Shown piece after piece: positions 29,696 through 39,124 of a stretch of DNA of 64,000 bases. The stretch is from positions 93,141 through 157,140 of the IMG/VR virus record IMGVR_UViG_3300049033_000018. One strand, written 5' to 3'. The notes below the pieces were generated by a model. The model had not been told where the DNA came from. It searched no databases and was given only the letters and a program-made list of their open reading frames with translations. Source of the stretch: a virus. Within the stretch, counting starts at the first letter, position 1; each line of letters begins with the position of its first letter. The position numbers were made by a program, and so were the translations under genes.

Positions 29696-30228
29696 TAGTT
29701 TCTTAATTTTAAATTCAGAAATTCTATTACTTGTTCGTCCCAATCAGTTTCTTCCTCTTCCCAATCAGTATTTATGTGTTGAGTTTCAAATTCTAAAGCC
29801 CAACCTCTTATTACTTCAAGCATATAAATAGAGCCTTGCTTTGAAGTCCACTTATCATATTGGGGGGATTCTGGAGCTTCCCTCATCATAACACCATAAG
29901 TCTCCATATAAGAGATAAATCCATTAGGAAATGATACCCCAATATAATCTTCACGAGAACCTTTATCAACTGAAACTGTAAAATCTACTCTGTTTGTCAG
30001 GAGAGAATCAAAGTTACCTTTTTGTAAGTAATCCTCAACAGCATTATCTTTAACAACTGAAAATTGAGGAATTTTATCACTGAAATCAAACCGAGTTATA
30101 TAATTACCTTGTTTAGTTCTAACTGTTCCAGATTCCACTTTATCACCTTCTAACTGAATAGTAAAAGTTTCCCCTACAATTTCTACTTTTAGTGTTTTAT
30201 TAACACAATCTAAATATGCTGTATTCAT
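29695..30228 (-). CDS. hypothetical protein
   Basis: Packed ORF. Confidence 0.7.
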   Translation of the reverse strand: MNTAYLDCVNKTLKVEIVGETFTIQLEGDKVESGTVRTKQGNYITRFDFSDKIPQFSVVKDNAVEDYLQKGNFDSLLTNRVDFTVSVDKGSREDYIGVSFPNGFISYMETYGVMMREAPESPQYDKWTSKQGSIYMLEVIRGWALEFETQHINTDWEEEETDWDEQVIEFLNLKLRN

Positions 30229-30698
30229 TGTAAATCTTTTAAGGTTTGTTCAATTATTAATTTAATAGCCTTATTCAAGCCTCTACTGTCTTCCATTACA
30301 CCTGTAAACATACGAGTAATAAAATCTAGCTTTACTTTACAAAACTGATTACAATAAAATCCTTTATCCATAAATCTGGAATTGTGGGGTATTAAAGCAT
30401 GTTCATCCTCTGTTGTTGTAAGGGCAATACAATAAGCTGTATCTTTCATTACTTTAGCTACAACTATTGGTCTATGTTTACCATTAACTGACATTCCTGA
30501 AAATACATCTCCTTTTTTAATGACATTAGGCTTTGCTCTTTTGAACTTTGGTAGCATAACATCTGATTTTATTTCAGTATTAGTGGGAGCCGATTTATAC
30601 TCAGCTTCAACTTTGGTAACAATCTCTCTCACAACTTTCATTGAAAGTGTAGGCTTATTTTCTTGCCCCATCTTTTTTAGGATACTGTCTAATTCCAT
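30225..30698 (-). CDS. PemK/MazF-like domain protein
   Basis: KKGDVF...KHRPIVV...IALTT resembles the MazF/PemK signature. Confidence 0.55.
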   Translation of the reverse strand: MELDSILKKMGQENKPTLSMKVVREIVTKVEAEYKSAPTNTEIKSDVMLPKFKRAKPNVIKKGDVFSGMSVNGKHRPIVVAKVMKDTAYCIALTTTEDEHALIPHNSRFMDKGFYCNQFCKVKLDFITRMFTGVMEDSRGLNKAIKLIIEQTLKDLQ

Positions 30699-30701
30699 TT
30701 T

Positions 30702-30734
30702 GCAAAGATTAAAAAAATAATTGAATTACACAAC
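30702..30734 (-). promoter_or_regulatory. Bacteroidetes-type promoter
   Basis: TTG...TAATCTTTGCA with upstream TTAAC pair. Confidence 0.65.
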
Positions 30735-30764
30735 TATTTAAAGTTAAAGTTTAGTTAAATTTTA

Positions 30765-30926
30765 CTAAGCTATGTCACTATATAACTTAGATGAAGGAAG
30801 TTGTTTAGCTCCCATCTCATTGAATGGAAGCTTCTTACCAACTGTTTTGTTAATTCCTTGAGGTACACAATCATCGACTTTGACCTCAGGAGTTCTTTTT
30901 TTTATTTTTAATAATTTGAATTTCAT
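30765..30926 (-). CDS. small hypothetical protein (53 aa, not in track)
   Basis: MKFKLLKIKKRTPEV..., fills gap between neighbours. Confidence 0.45.
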   Translation of the reverse strand: MKFKLLKIKKRTPEVKVDDCVPQGINKTVGKKLPFNEMGAKQLPSSKLYSDIA

Positions 30927-30928
30927 AA

Positions 30929-31237
30929 TTAATATTTTTTAATTAGTTCTTTAAGAAACTCGAACCTAGGCTTATATAAATTAAGTTTAAAATAATATAT
31001 CTGATTATACATTAAAGCTGGTTTATTTTCTTTAATAATAGAATCCAGTAAATCTCTATCCTCTCTACTAATTTTGTTATCCTGCCAAAGTCTCCAAACG
31101 TAGATACACATTCCTGTTGCTCTCATTTCTCCTTTAACAAAATTAGTATTATCCTGAATGATGTTAAGGAGTTGAATTAAAAGGAGTTTCTTCTTACTGA
31201 AAAAAATCCTTGCGATAAAATAAAAAAACTTTCTCAT
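30929..31237 (-). CDS. hypothetical protein
   Basis: GMC...RFEFL..LI, similar to 32803..33123. Confidence 0.6.
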   Translation of the reverse strand: MRKFFYFIARIFFSKKKLLLIQLLNIIQDNTNFVKGEMRATGMCIYVWRLWQDNKISREDRDLLDSIIKENKPALMYNQIYYFKLNLYKPRFEFLKELIKKY

Positions 31238-31298
31238 AAATGCATTAAAATTTCTAAAATTAAAATAATAATTTCTATTAAACCTTTAAAGAATCTTT

Positions 31299-31532
31299 TC
31301 ATACATCATAAGGTATATCAGATTCCGTTACCTCTAACCCATCAAAATCAATATTGATTGTGGTGTCACCAAACCCAGCCTCTTTTAATACAGCATTTGC
31401 TTTTTTAAGTTGAGTTGTAATTTCAATCTTAGCTAACATAATAGCTTCTTCTTTTGTTTCTGCTTCTACCTCACCACAATCAAAGTTTAACCAAATGGTG
31501 TTAGTAGAATTTGAATAATTCCAAATTTTCAT
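31299..31532 (-). CDS. hypothetical protein
   Basis: VEAETKEEA motif. Confidence 0.65.
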   Translation of the reverse strand: MKIWNYSNSTNTIWLNFDCGEVEAETKEEAIMLAKIEITTQLKKANAVLKEAGFGDTTINIDFDGLEVTESDIPYDV

Positions 31533-31894
31533 TTTAAATCTTCTTCTTTTAATTCGTCAATACCTTTAATTCTATCAGTTAAATCGCCTGATAAAATTTC
31601 TTTTAATCTCTTTTTAGCTTTTTCAAAAGTATCAAAATAATTATTACCTAAAATCTCTGACTTTGACACTTGAAAATACACATTCTGTTTCACGTAAATT
31701 ACATAAGGAAACTTAACACAATGATATTGATATGCTCTCTCATTAGAACTAGAGTTCAATACCTTACCAATTACTATCAATTTAATAATTTGTTTAGTCC
31801 TCCAATCAACTTGATATACAATATCTCCTAATTTTTTATACTCTGTTAAGTCAAAATCTTTGAAGACATCTAAGTAAATGTTTTTTTCTTCCAT
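31529..31894 (-). CDS. hypothetical protein
   Basis: Packed ORF. Confidence 0.65.
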   Translation of the reverse strand: MEEKNIYLDVFKDFDLTEYKKLGDIVYQVDWRTKQIIKLIVIGKVLNSSSNERAYQYHCVKFPYVIYVKQNVYFQVSKSEILGNNYFDTFEKAKKRLKEILSGDLTDRIKGIDELKEEDLK

Positions 31895-31895
31895 T

Positions 31896-32327
31896 TTACT
31901 TCTTTGTTTCTAAATTATAATTTAATCTACCAAACTCACTAATAGAAAGCCAAACCTGTTCCATTGTGGCTTCGTTAGTTAAAGACTTATCTAAAATATC
32001 TTGAGCCTCATCATCAGAAAGGTTTTCACCTCCTTCTAACTTGTCTTTGACATCAGTTATAGTCCAAAGATTGCCTGTATAATAACCTGCATCTTTAAGC
32101 AATTGTTTTGCCTCTGCAATCTTTTTATCTTGCTCAGTTAGTTCTACATCATAAATTTCAGCCTCTTCTCTGATTTTTATAATCTTTCTGTCTTCCAGTG
32201 GAAAATCCTCCCAGTGTGGGAATTCAATCATATCAGTAACTGCTTTATGAATTTGCTCCTTTGATAAATCAGCATTCACTGAAAAATTCATAGTTACTTC
32301 TACTTGTTGATACATTTTATTATTCAT
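31896..32327 (-). CDS. hypothetical protein
   Basis: Packed ORF. Confidence 0.7.
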   Translation of the reverse strand: MNNKMYQQVEVTMNFSVNADLSKEQIHKAVTDMIEFPHWEDFPLEDRKIIKIREEAEIYDVELTEQDKKIAEAKQLLKDAGYYTGNLWTITDVKDKLEGGENLSDDEAQDILDKSLTNEATMEQVWLSISEFGRLNYNLETKK

Positions 32328-32337
32328 AACATTTGTT

Positions 32338-32793
32338 TTAGAATGTTGTGTCTTTAAATTTAATTTCGTGAACGGAAGGATAAAATTCTATCTTATCCAA
32401 TAAATCTATTTTCAATTGCCACTCCATATCACTATGAACAATGAAAATATTTGAGTCTCTGTGTCTTCCATCTGCGTTCCATGAGTCAGAATCAACATAA
32501 TCTGCTTCCTCTCCCTCTTCATAATAGATAATTAATTGAGCAAACTCATCATAATCCAACTGAATAGCTAAATACTGGTCTGATATTGCTGGATGACTAA
32601 TATATACCCACTCACATTCAGACTCAAAATCGTATGTGACAGTATGGTCATAATCTAAGAAATGTACCAGCAGTGACCTTAAATAAGGATTATATATGGC
32701 AATAACATGTCTGTCTTGAGGCTGATTTGAAAGCATTTCTCCTTCTGGTAATGCTTTTCCTTTACTTATAATTTTTGGCTCGTTTGCGTTCAT
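32338..32793 (-). CDS. acidic hypothetical protein
   Basis: Packed ORF. Confidence 0.65.
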   Translation of the reverse strand: MNANEPKIISKGKALPEGEMLSNQPQDRHVIAIYNPYLRSLLVHFLDYDHTVTYDFESECEWVYISHPAISDQYLAIQLDYDEFAQLIIYYEEGEEADYVDSDSWNADGRHRDSNIFIVHSDMEWQLKIDLLDKIEFYPSVHEIKFKDTTF

Positions 32794-32802
32794 AATAGCT
32801 TT

Positions 32803-33123
32803 TTAAATTTTATATTTTAAATGCCCAATAATATCATCAATGAAATGAAGTCGGGTGCCTTTATCATCATGACTCCAAAACTCTTTCTCTTCTAAAATTA
32901 ACATAGAGGGAGTGTATTCTTCATTGTGATGTTCTTCAGATACCATCCATGAATAAGGGGATAGCTGTTCAATATCTAGGAGTCTCTGTCGAAAATCCTC
33001 TCTCAATTCTGGAACTTTATTTTGAATAACCCAGCAAATATACATTTCCTGTTTATCTTCATCATAAGATTCTAAAATGATTTTAACTTTTTCATAAAGT
33101 TTAATGTATTCTAATGAAGTCAT
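32803..33123 (-). CDS. hypothetical protein
   Basis: Packed ORF. Confidence 0.65.
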   Translation of the reverse strand: MTSLEYIKLYEKVKIILESYDEDKQEMYICWVIQNKVPELREDFRQRLLDIEQLSPYSWMVSEEHHNEEYTPSMLILEEKEFWSHDDKGTRLHFIDDIIGHLKYKI

Positions 33124-33125
33124 GA

Positions 33126-33485
33126 TTAATCTTGTGTTGGTAGTTGTTCAATTAAAGGAATTACATTTTCATAACCCCCTCTATAATTAAGAGTTTCTTT
33201 ACCTAAATCATTGGTTTCCCATAGATTTCTCTGAACATCATGTCCTATTGTCTTCTCTAAAAATCTGTAGGGACAACTATCTCCATAAGCTGTATTACTT
33301 AATCCCTCAGTAATGTGTCCTAAAACTCCTATACAACAAAAAGAAGTCTGTTGTCCTTCTATTTTTATTTCTAACTCTCTATACCCCTGAATAAAATCTC
33401 CTGATTTAAGGGCACCCAACCATTTCTCTTTTATTTCTGTGGTGAATTTTTCAGGGGCTACTATGTTTTGATTATTGTTGTTCAT
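33126..33485 (-). CDS. conserved phage hypothetical protein
   Basis: KWLGALKSG..QG...FCCIGVL. Confidence 0.7.
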   Translation of the reverse strand: MNNNNQNIVAPEKFTTEIKEKWLGALKSGDFIQGYRELEIKIEGQQTSFCCIGVLGHITEGLSNTAYGDSCPYRFLEKTIGHDVQRNLWETNDLGKETLNYRGGYENVIPLIEQLPTQD

Positions 33486-33621
33486 AACCTTTGTTTTTAT
33501 GTTTAGGTTTACGTTGATATTGTTTTTTTGACCTGTGTACTTTTGGTATTGTTTCCTGCCAAATTTCCTGCATTGTCAGTGTGATGCTAACCAATTTCTG
33601 ATTCTTATTAGTCTTACTCAT
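33472..33621 (-). CDS. small basic protein, ArfA/BrfA-like ribosome-rescue candidate
   Basis: KVHRSKKQYQRKPKHK resembles the ArfA Y-x-R-K-x-K-H motif. Confidence 0.45.
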   Translation of the reverse strand: MSKTNKNQKLVSITLTMQEIWQETIPKVHRSKKQYQRKPKHKNKGYEQQ

Positions 33622-33625
33622 TACC

Positions 33626-33913
33626 TTATTTATTAAAGTATTCGATACTCCCAAAAATATTTTTTTCTCCTACTTCTTCAATAATATGAATATGTTCTTT
33701 AGATACAAATAAACTACTTGAACAATATTGTTTATTAGGGGAATAAGAGTAGGAATTTGAAAATGCTTTGTTACCATGTTCAGCTACTATTATTTCTTGT
33801 CCTCGTAGGTCATCTTCCTCTACTAAGTACCCATGATACCACTTACCTTGCTTTGGTAAATTTAAAACCAATGCTTTAAATACTTTATGTTTCATATCTT
33901 TAATTTCTACCAA
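33626..33913 (-). CDS. hypothetical protein
   Basis: Packed ORF. Confidence 0.6.
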   Translation of the reverse strand: MVEIKDMKHKVFKALVLNLPKQGKWYHGYLVEEDDLRGQEIIVAEHGNKAFSNSYSYSPNKQYCSSSLFVSKEHIHIIEEVGEKNIFGSIEYFNK

Positions 33914-34382
33914 ATTCTTTTTGTCTCAAATCCCACTCTTCCTTAAAGAATTTAGGAACAACTCCGAACAGATAATTTTTAAGCTCATTGTATTCCTCTT
34001 CTTTAATTCTAATACTCATTAGAGTTATATCATCAAACTTGATATACTTTTCTGTCTGTATTTCAAAGTTGATACTATCTCTTTTCAAAACTCCTCTATC
34101 TATATTCTGAGAATCAAATAAAACTATCTCATCACAGACACAATACACTTGCTTACCGTCAAATTCAATGTTAGTTACTTTGTACATGTAGTATTGTTCA
34201 GTTCCAAATGCGCCCTTAAAGTAGCCTCCATTGGTTTTAATATCATCTACAATGGCTAAACATTCTTTGTTTGCTTCTTGATATTTGAGTTCATCTTGTC
34301 TTTTATCTTCAACCTGAATTTCAAATAATTCTTTACCTGTTTTTTCAGGAAAAAGTTGTGCTAAATATTCTATACTTCTCAT
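33900..34382 (-). CDS. hypothetical protein
   Basis: Packed ORF. Confidence 0.7.
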   Translation of the reverse strand: MRSIEYLAQLFPEKTGKELFEIQVEDKRQDELKYQEANKECLAIVDDIKTNGGYFKGAFGTEQYYMYKVTNIEFDGKQVYCVCDEIVLFDSQNIDRGVLKRDSINFEIQTEKYIKFDDITLMSIRIKEEEYNELKNYLFGVVPKFFKEEWDLRQKEFGRN

Positions 34383-34609
34383 AAGTTTATTTTTAATATA
34401 TTCCTTATACTAACATCATTTAAAGACCTTGTGAAAGATACCAACCACTTTGAATTAGGGGTTTCATCTTGTTTTATAATTCCATGTGCTAATGGATTTA
34501 ATACCTGCTCATTATTTATTTCAATAGATAACTGTTGTCTTTCTCCTACTGATAAAGAAGAAATATCATATTGAATATAATGTTTTACTAAATTGTTATT
34601 TATTTTCAT
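34379..34609 (-). CDS. hypothetical protein
   Basis: Packed ORF. Confidence 0.55.
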   Translation of the reverse strand: MKINNNLVKHYIQYDISSLSVGERQQLSIEINNEQVLNPLAHGIIKQDETPNSKWLVSFTRSLNDVSIRNILKINL

Positions 34610-34622
34610 TTTATATTTTTAG

Positions 34623-34686
34623 TACCACTAGAGAGAATTGAACTCTCACTCCTATTCTTTCAGAGCCTCAAACCTGAGAAGTGGTT
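34623..34686 (-). ncRNA. minimal tRNA-like element / pseudo-tRNA
   Basis: Acceptor ACCACT/AGTGGT, T arm GAGAG-TTCAATT-CTCTC, reduced D and anticodon arms. Confidence 0.5.
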
Positions 34687-34695
34687 TTTAAGGGG

Positions 34696-35625
34696 CTATT
34701 TAACCCCTTTAATTTGAATGATACCTTTACTCACATTTGCAAAGATTTGCTCTGCAATACCCTTTAAAACGTATTTAGAGATAATCCCAATACTAATTGA
34801 TTCACTCTTTAAAAGATTAGTCTTTGGATTAACGGCTCTATTTCTTGCAACTGTTTTTGCTAACTCTGGATTGTTTTCTTTATCCCATTTAGGATTTCTG
34901 ATTGAGTATCCAGCATGAATATTCCAATCTTCATCCACAATGACCGAAACAGATAAGTCTCTCTCAACTCCATTGATTTTCAATGTACGTGTTGTGATTG
35001 TTTCTTTCCAGATTAAAACTTTCTTAGTTGTAATTCCATTTTTACTGGTTTCAATTTCGTTGTTTTTGTTAATAATTACAACGATTCTATCTTTTGGTTT
35101 TTCTGTAGTTTGCATGCCTTCTGAATTTAAAATTGTTTGATTGTTTTGATTTGTTTGTTCATTTAAAAAATGTTCTCTGTATTGGGCTACAGAAATTTGT
35201 ACATAATCTTGTATCTTAGGGGAGTCTAATTGGTAACACCCCCACCTCTTTTTACTACTCATTTGAAAGTAGGCTGTACTAACCATGTTGCCCTGTAAGT
35301 CAGCTTCTAACTCTAAAAGAAGTTTTTGTAAATCATAACCTCCTTTGATATACCAATTTTCAGGTAAAGAAGTACTGTTTACAATTTCACATCCTGCTTC
35401 AACTATTGAATTTAAAGACCAACCATAATAACCACAGGTCATTGCCATGTAAGAATGATTTCTATCTACATCTACATGTTTAATTTCTTTTACAGTTATC
35501 TCTAAAGGAAAGTCTTGATTAAGGGGGTAATCATCATTTAAAAAACTACCCCATGTGTTTGGTCTTGCCAAAATCTTTATTCTATCTCCTACTTTAATTT
35601 CAGAGATGTGTGTTACTTTTTTCAT
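34696..35625 (-). CDS. modular hypothetical protein
   Basis: 309-aa ORF, LPENWYI module. Confidence 0.7.
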   Translation of the reverse strand: MKKVTHISEIKVGDRIKILARPNTWGSFLNDDYPLNQDFPLEITVKEIKHVDVDRNHSYMAMTCGYYGWSLNSIVEAGCEIVNSTSLPENWYIKGGYDLQKLLLELEADLQGNMVSTAYFQMSSKKRWGCYQLDSPKIQDYVQISVAQYREHFLNEQTNQNNQTILNSEGMQTTEKPKDRIVVIINKNNEIETSKNGITTKKVLIWKETITTRTLKINGVERDLSVSVIVDEDWNIHAGYSIRNPKWDKENNPELAKTVARNRAVNPKTNLLKSESISIGIISKYVLKGIAEQIFANVSKGIIQIKGVK

Positions 35626-35629
35626 AACT

Positions 35630-36094
35630 TTAGTTTAAAAGATTAAATTCATGTTTTATTTCTACTAAAGTTGACTTTCCTGTTTCAGAAAGTCCTTCCT
35701 GATTCCAGTTATCTTTACTATCATGGAATCCTTGAAGAGCCTGAAAAAATCCTCTGTTATTTACAAAAATTTCAGGAAATTCTAAAGTTTTTTCTTCGAT
35801 AGATTTTACTACAACGGTACTTATTGCTGTTACGCTGTGTCTTAAAGGAAAAGTAGTATCAATAAGTTTAGCTGACTCAGGTTCAAATAACCTTCCTACA
35901 GCACATCCTTCTGTCTGTTCTAGGGTAAACCCAAATGCATCAGGGTGGTAAGCACATTGTTGGTCAGCACATCTATTAGTAGAATTGTAATGATTAGCTG
36001 TATTTTCCAGAATGAGTTTAAGCTTTTCATTCGTAGGCAATGCTGGATTGTCTACAATCTCAGCAAATTGTGGTTTTAATTTTAAAGTTTTCAT
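35630..36094 (-). CDS. hypothetical protein
   Basis: CAY..GCAVG..LQGFHD pattern. Confidence 0.7.
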   Translation of the reverse strand: MKTLKLKPQFAEIVDNPALPTNEKLKLILENTANHYNSTNRCADQQCAYHPDAFGFTLEQTEGCAVGRLFEPESAKLIDTTFPLRHSVTAISTVVVKSIEEKTLEFPEIFVNNRGFFQALQGFHDSKDNWNQEGLSETGKSTLVEIKHEFNLLN

Positions 36095-36095
36095 A

Positions 36096-36458
36096 TTAAA
36101 TTACGTTTAAATCAATTGTTTCTGTTTTACCTTTAATGTATCTGAAAATTTCTTTGTGAACCTTCTTAGATACCATAAGAAGATATTTTTCTAAAGCTGT
36201 AAATGCAGTACCTTTTCCAAATGTTTGGTCTTCAAATTTATCACTCCTCCACCCTGAAAGGGAAGCAAATTGTTTGTTTTGAATTTGACGTGCCCTTTTA
36301 GAATATGAATCACCTGCTAGTAACCCATACACACAACGGTTAGGGTCAGTTTCATCAAACTGACTATATTTTAATCTTTTAATTTCTTCTGGAGTGGCTT
36401 TTTCTTTTATATTATATAACTCCTTTTGAACTTTGTTAATAAAGGTTTGCTTTTTCAT
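36096..36458 (-). CDS. hypothetical protein
   Basis: CVYGLLAG..S.RA pattern. Confidence 0.7.
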   Translation of the reverse strand: MKKQTFINKVQKELYNIKEKATPEEIKRLKYSQFDETDPNRCVYGLLAGDSYSKRARQIQNKQFASLSGWRSDKFEDQTFGKGTAFTALEKYLLMVSKKVHKEIFRYIKGKTETIDLNVI

Positions 36459-36476
36459 TGTTTTTAATTTAATAAA

Positions 36477-37121
36477 TTAATAATAAGAATTTAACACAAT
36501 TTTTCTCTTTTTATTATAACGTTGTCTTTCTAACTTGTTAGCACACCCGCAATCAAAGATTTTAATCACACCGTCTTTAAATCCCCAATTTGCTGAATGA
36601 TTATCCCAATTTCTATAGCCCAAACGTTTCAACTCTTTATATACAGAAGACATTTGCTCAAAAAATTGATTTATCATATCAGAATCATAACCTTCAATTT
36701 CAGGAATATTTTTGGTAGGAATATCACCCTGTCTTAAAATTTTATAATCGTTATTATATCTCATGAATTGTCTCCACAACTCAAATGCTTTCTCGTTTTC
36801 TTTATGAGACTCAATAAATGGTACAACATATTCTGAAACAATAATGTAAACATCATTTTTAATAATGTTCCCACTAGGCATTTCAAGGTTAAGGTCTACT
36901 AACCTCGTAGAATAAATTTTTACAAAATGTTTAAATCTTCTACCTCTCTTTACTAACTTTTTGGCAGTCAGATAGTCATCTAAATCTGTAGTTAATTTGT
37001 AAACTTTACCCTTATAAAGAAAGGCAGTCCCAAATGCTCCACTGCCTATATGTTGTAAATCATCCTCAGTTTTTAAATACTGCTGAATAATACTTTTTCT
37101 TTTTAAATCTTCATTATTCAT
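36477..37121 (-). CDS. Ser/Thr protein kinase-like
   Basis: IGSGAFGTAF, KVYKL, WDNHSANWG, IFDCG. Confidence 0.8.
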   Translation of the reverse strand: MNNEDLKRKSIIQQYLKTEDDLQHIGSGAFGTAFLYKGKVYKLTTDLDDYLTAKKLVKRGRRFKHFVKIYSTRLVDLNLEMPSGNIIKNDVYIIVSEYVVPFIESHKENEKAFELWRQFMRYNNDYKILRQGDIPTKNIPEIEGYDSDMINQFFEQMSSVYKELKRLGYRNWDNHSANWGFKDGVIKIFDCGCANKLERQRYNKKRKIVLNSYY

Positions 37122-37122
37122 A

Positions 37123-37779
37123 CTAAATGCAGGTTATTTCGGTTTGATAACTGTAAACTATTTTTCTTCTCTTATTGTAACTGTACTTACTCTTTTTAAT
37201 TGAGAAGCCCATATCAAAGATTTTAATTTTACCATCTACAAAACCTAAATTTTTATTGTGATTATCCCACGTTTTAAGCCCCATAGCTTTATACATTCTA
37301 TAAATGTATTGCATCTGACTGATTAAAGTATTAAGTAATTCTGTCTGCCCCTTTCTTTCCCAACTTTCTTTGATATTGTCTGAAACTCTAACAGGTAGAC
37401 CACATTCAATACACCTAGATGATGAATTAATATCTGTCAAGTCTTCCCAGATTTCATTTACTATTTTATCACCGTGTGACATTTGCTCTATCTTCTCACT
37501 AACAATTAGATACAAATTCTCAGTGTAGTCATCATGGTGAACCTCAATAGGGGCTGTTTTAAACACTTTAACAAAGTTAGGGAACTTGTGCCCTACCTTA
37601 ATCATTTTGTTAGCCATAATGAAGTCATCTGGGTCATCTGTAACCTTATGAACTTTACCTTTGTATAAAAATGCATCTGCAAAATTACCACTTCCTAAAT
37701 ATTCTAATTCATCAGAATGGCACCCCAAAGAATGGGCTAGGATGTATTTTCTGTTTTCTTTTCTTGAACCGTAATACAT
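37123..37779 (-). CDS. Ser/Thr protein kinase-like (paralog of neighbour)
   Basis: LGSGNFADAF, KVHKV, WDNHNKNLG, IFDMG. Confidence 0.8.
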   Translation of the reverse strand: MYYGSRKENRKYILAHSLGCHSDELEYLGSGNFADAFLYKGKVHKVTDDPDDFIMANKMIKVGHKFPNFVKVFKTAPIEVHHDDYTENLYLIVSEKIEQMSHGDKIVNEIWEDLTDINSSSRCIECGLPVRVSDNIKESWERKGQTELLNTLISQMQYIYRMYKAMGLKTWDNHNKNLGFVDGKIKIFDMGFSIKKSKYSYNKRRKIVYSYQTEITCI

Positions 37780-37800
37780 GATATTTGGATTTTGTTTTGA

Positions 37801-38265
37801 TTAGTTATATATAATATAGTTTTTTTCATTTAAAGTTTTAAACTCCTCTTTTAAATGCTCTTTTGCAATTTGTTTAGCATGTTTGTTTAACAATTTGTCA
37901 ACTGTTAATGTATTTCTTTTCACATTCTCATCTACAAATATAGCCTGAGTTCTACCATGTACAACTTTTGGGGCTTTAATTTCCACAAGGCAAAACCCAC
38001 AATTAACAAGGTAGGCTAAAAGCTCAGTATCTAAAATGTAAAGCAGATTTGAGATAGAGGAAAAGGCACATTTATAATCTTGAATGTTTCTACCTTCAAC
38101 CTTTTCAGGAAATTCATCTGTTAATACTCTAACATTCAAAAAGTTTTGTCTAATCAAATGTGCCTTTTTGCCATTTCTTGTCCATTTGTGATAATATTGA
38201 GACCAAAAAATCCCTCTGTTATCTTTTGGATGTTCAACTCTATAAATGATATTTGTTTGTGACAT
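37801..38265 (-). CDS. hypothetical protein (YRVEH...G family, possibly ART-like)
   Basis: IYRVEH..RG, CAFSS..L, GRTQAIF. Confidence 0.6.
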   Translation of the reverse strand: MSQTNIIYRVEHPKDNRGIFWSQYYHKWTRNGKKAHLIRQNFLNVRVLTDEFPEKVEGRNIQDYKCAFSSISNLLYILDTELLAYLVNCGFCLVEIKAPKVVHGRTQAIFVDENVKRNTLTVDKLLNKHAKQIAKEHLKEEFKTLNEKNYIIYN

Positions 38266-38276
38266 GGTGATAAATT

Positions 38277-38408
38277 TTAATAGATTATTGCGAACTCATC
38301 ATCTTCAACCATTTCCATATATTCCAGCTCCATATCTTCGTGAGCAATTTGTCCTGCAAAGGCAATTTCTTCTGCCTCAATTTCTGTATTGTTATTTTCT
38401 AATGACAT
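38277..38408 (-). CDS. small highly acidic peptide (43 aa, not in track)
   Basis: MSLENNNTEIEAEEIAFAGQIAHEDMELEYMEMVEDDEFAIIY; 14 D/E, no K/R; fills intergenic gap. Confidence 0.6.
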   Translation of the reverse strand: MSLENNNTEIEAEEIAFAGQIAHEDMELEYMEMVEDDEFAIIY

Positions 38409-38413
38409 AATTA

Positions 38414-38704
38414 TTATTTTAAAATTGGTGTATCTAAAATGTTTATATATTCAAAGTTATGATTTTGACCTTCAAACTCATAAGTAACATTTAAATACTT
38501 TGTTAAACTCTCTCTAACTTCTTTCTGAGACAGGACTTCTAAAATTTTTAAAACTCCTCTCATTTGTGCTGGGGGACAAACTTTTATAATTTTATCTATC
38601 ACCTCAGTGCCTAGTTTTGTTATTACATAACTCTTTAAATCTTTAAGAGAATTAAATTCAATCCCGTCAAAGATATATTTTTCTACTATTTTAATTGTAG
38701 CCAT
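38414..38704 (-). CDS. hypothetical protein
   Basis: Packed ORF. Confidence 0.65.
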   Translation of the reverse strand: MATIKIVEKYIFDGIEFNSLKDLKSYVITKLGTEVIDKIIKVCPPAQMRGVLKILEVLSQKEVRESLTKYLNVTYEFEGQNHNFEYINILDTPILK

Positions 38705-38715
38705 GTTATTTTAAT

Positions 38716-39120
38716 TTAAGGTTCTCTTTTAATATATTGGTTAATAGAAGTGGCTTCCTCATAAGTCATTTGATTGACTGTTAAAAACTCCTCATCATCT
38801 GCCTGTTCAAAATCACTGAGCATTACATTCACATTATCTTCATTTTCTTCTGCCCATGCTCTAATTATTGCATTTGGAAAACTCTCGGCATGCATTAAGA
38901 ATCCCAAAAATGCTACCATTGCCTCAGTATCGTCTTGATTATGTAAGGGGCTCGGTCTGTAATCATCCCCGTACTCAATTAGTTTGCCTTCAATCTCGAT
39001 TTTGTAACCTACTTTCTCACCTCCTAAATAGTACAGTGATACTTTTAATTTCTCATATTCAAATGAAATTAATAATTCATTATCAATAAGTCTATCTGTT
39101 AATAAATCTAATGTTTCCAT
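38716..39120 (-). CDS. acidic hypothetical protein
   Basis: Packed ORF. Confidence 0.7.
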   Translation of the reverse strand: METLDLLTDRLIDNELLISFEYEKLKVSLYYLGGEKVGYKIEIEGKLIEYGDDYRPSPLHNQDDTEAMVAFLGFLMHAESFPNAIIRAWAEENEDNVNVMLSDFEQADDEEFLTVNQMTYEEATSINQYIKREP

Positions 39121-39124
39121 GATT

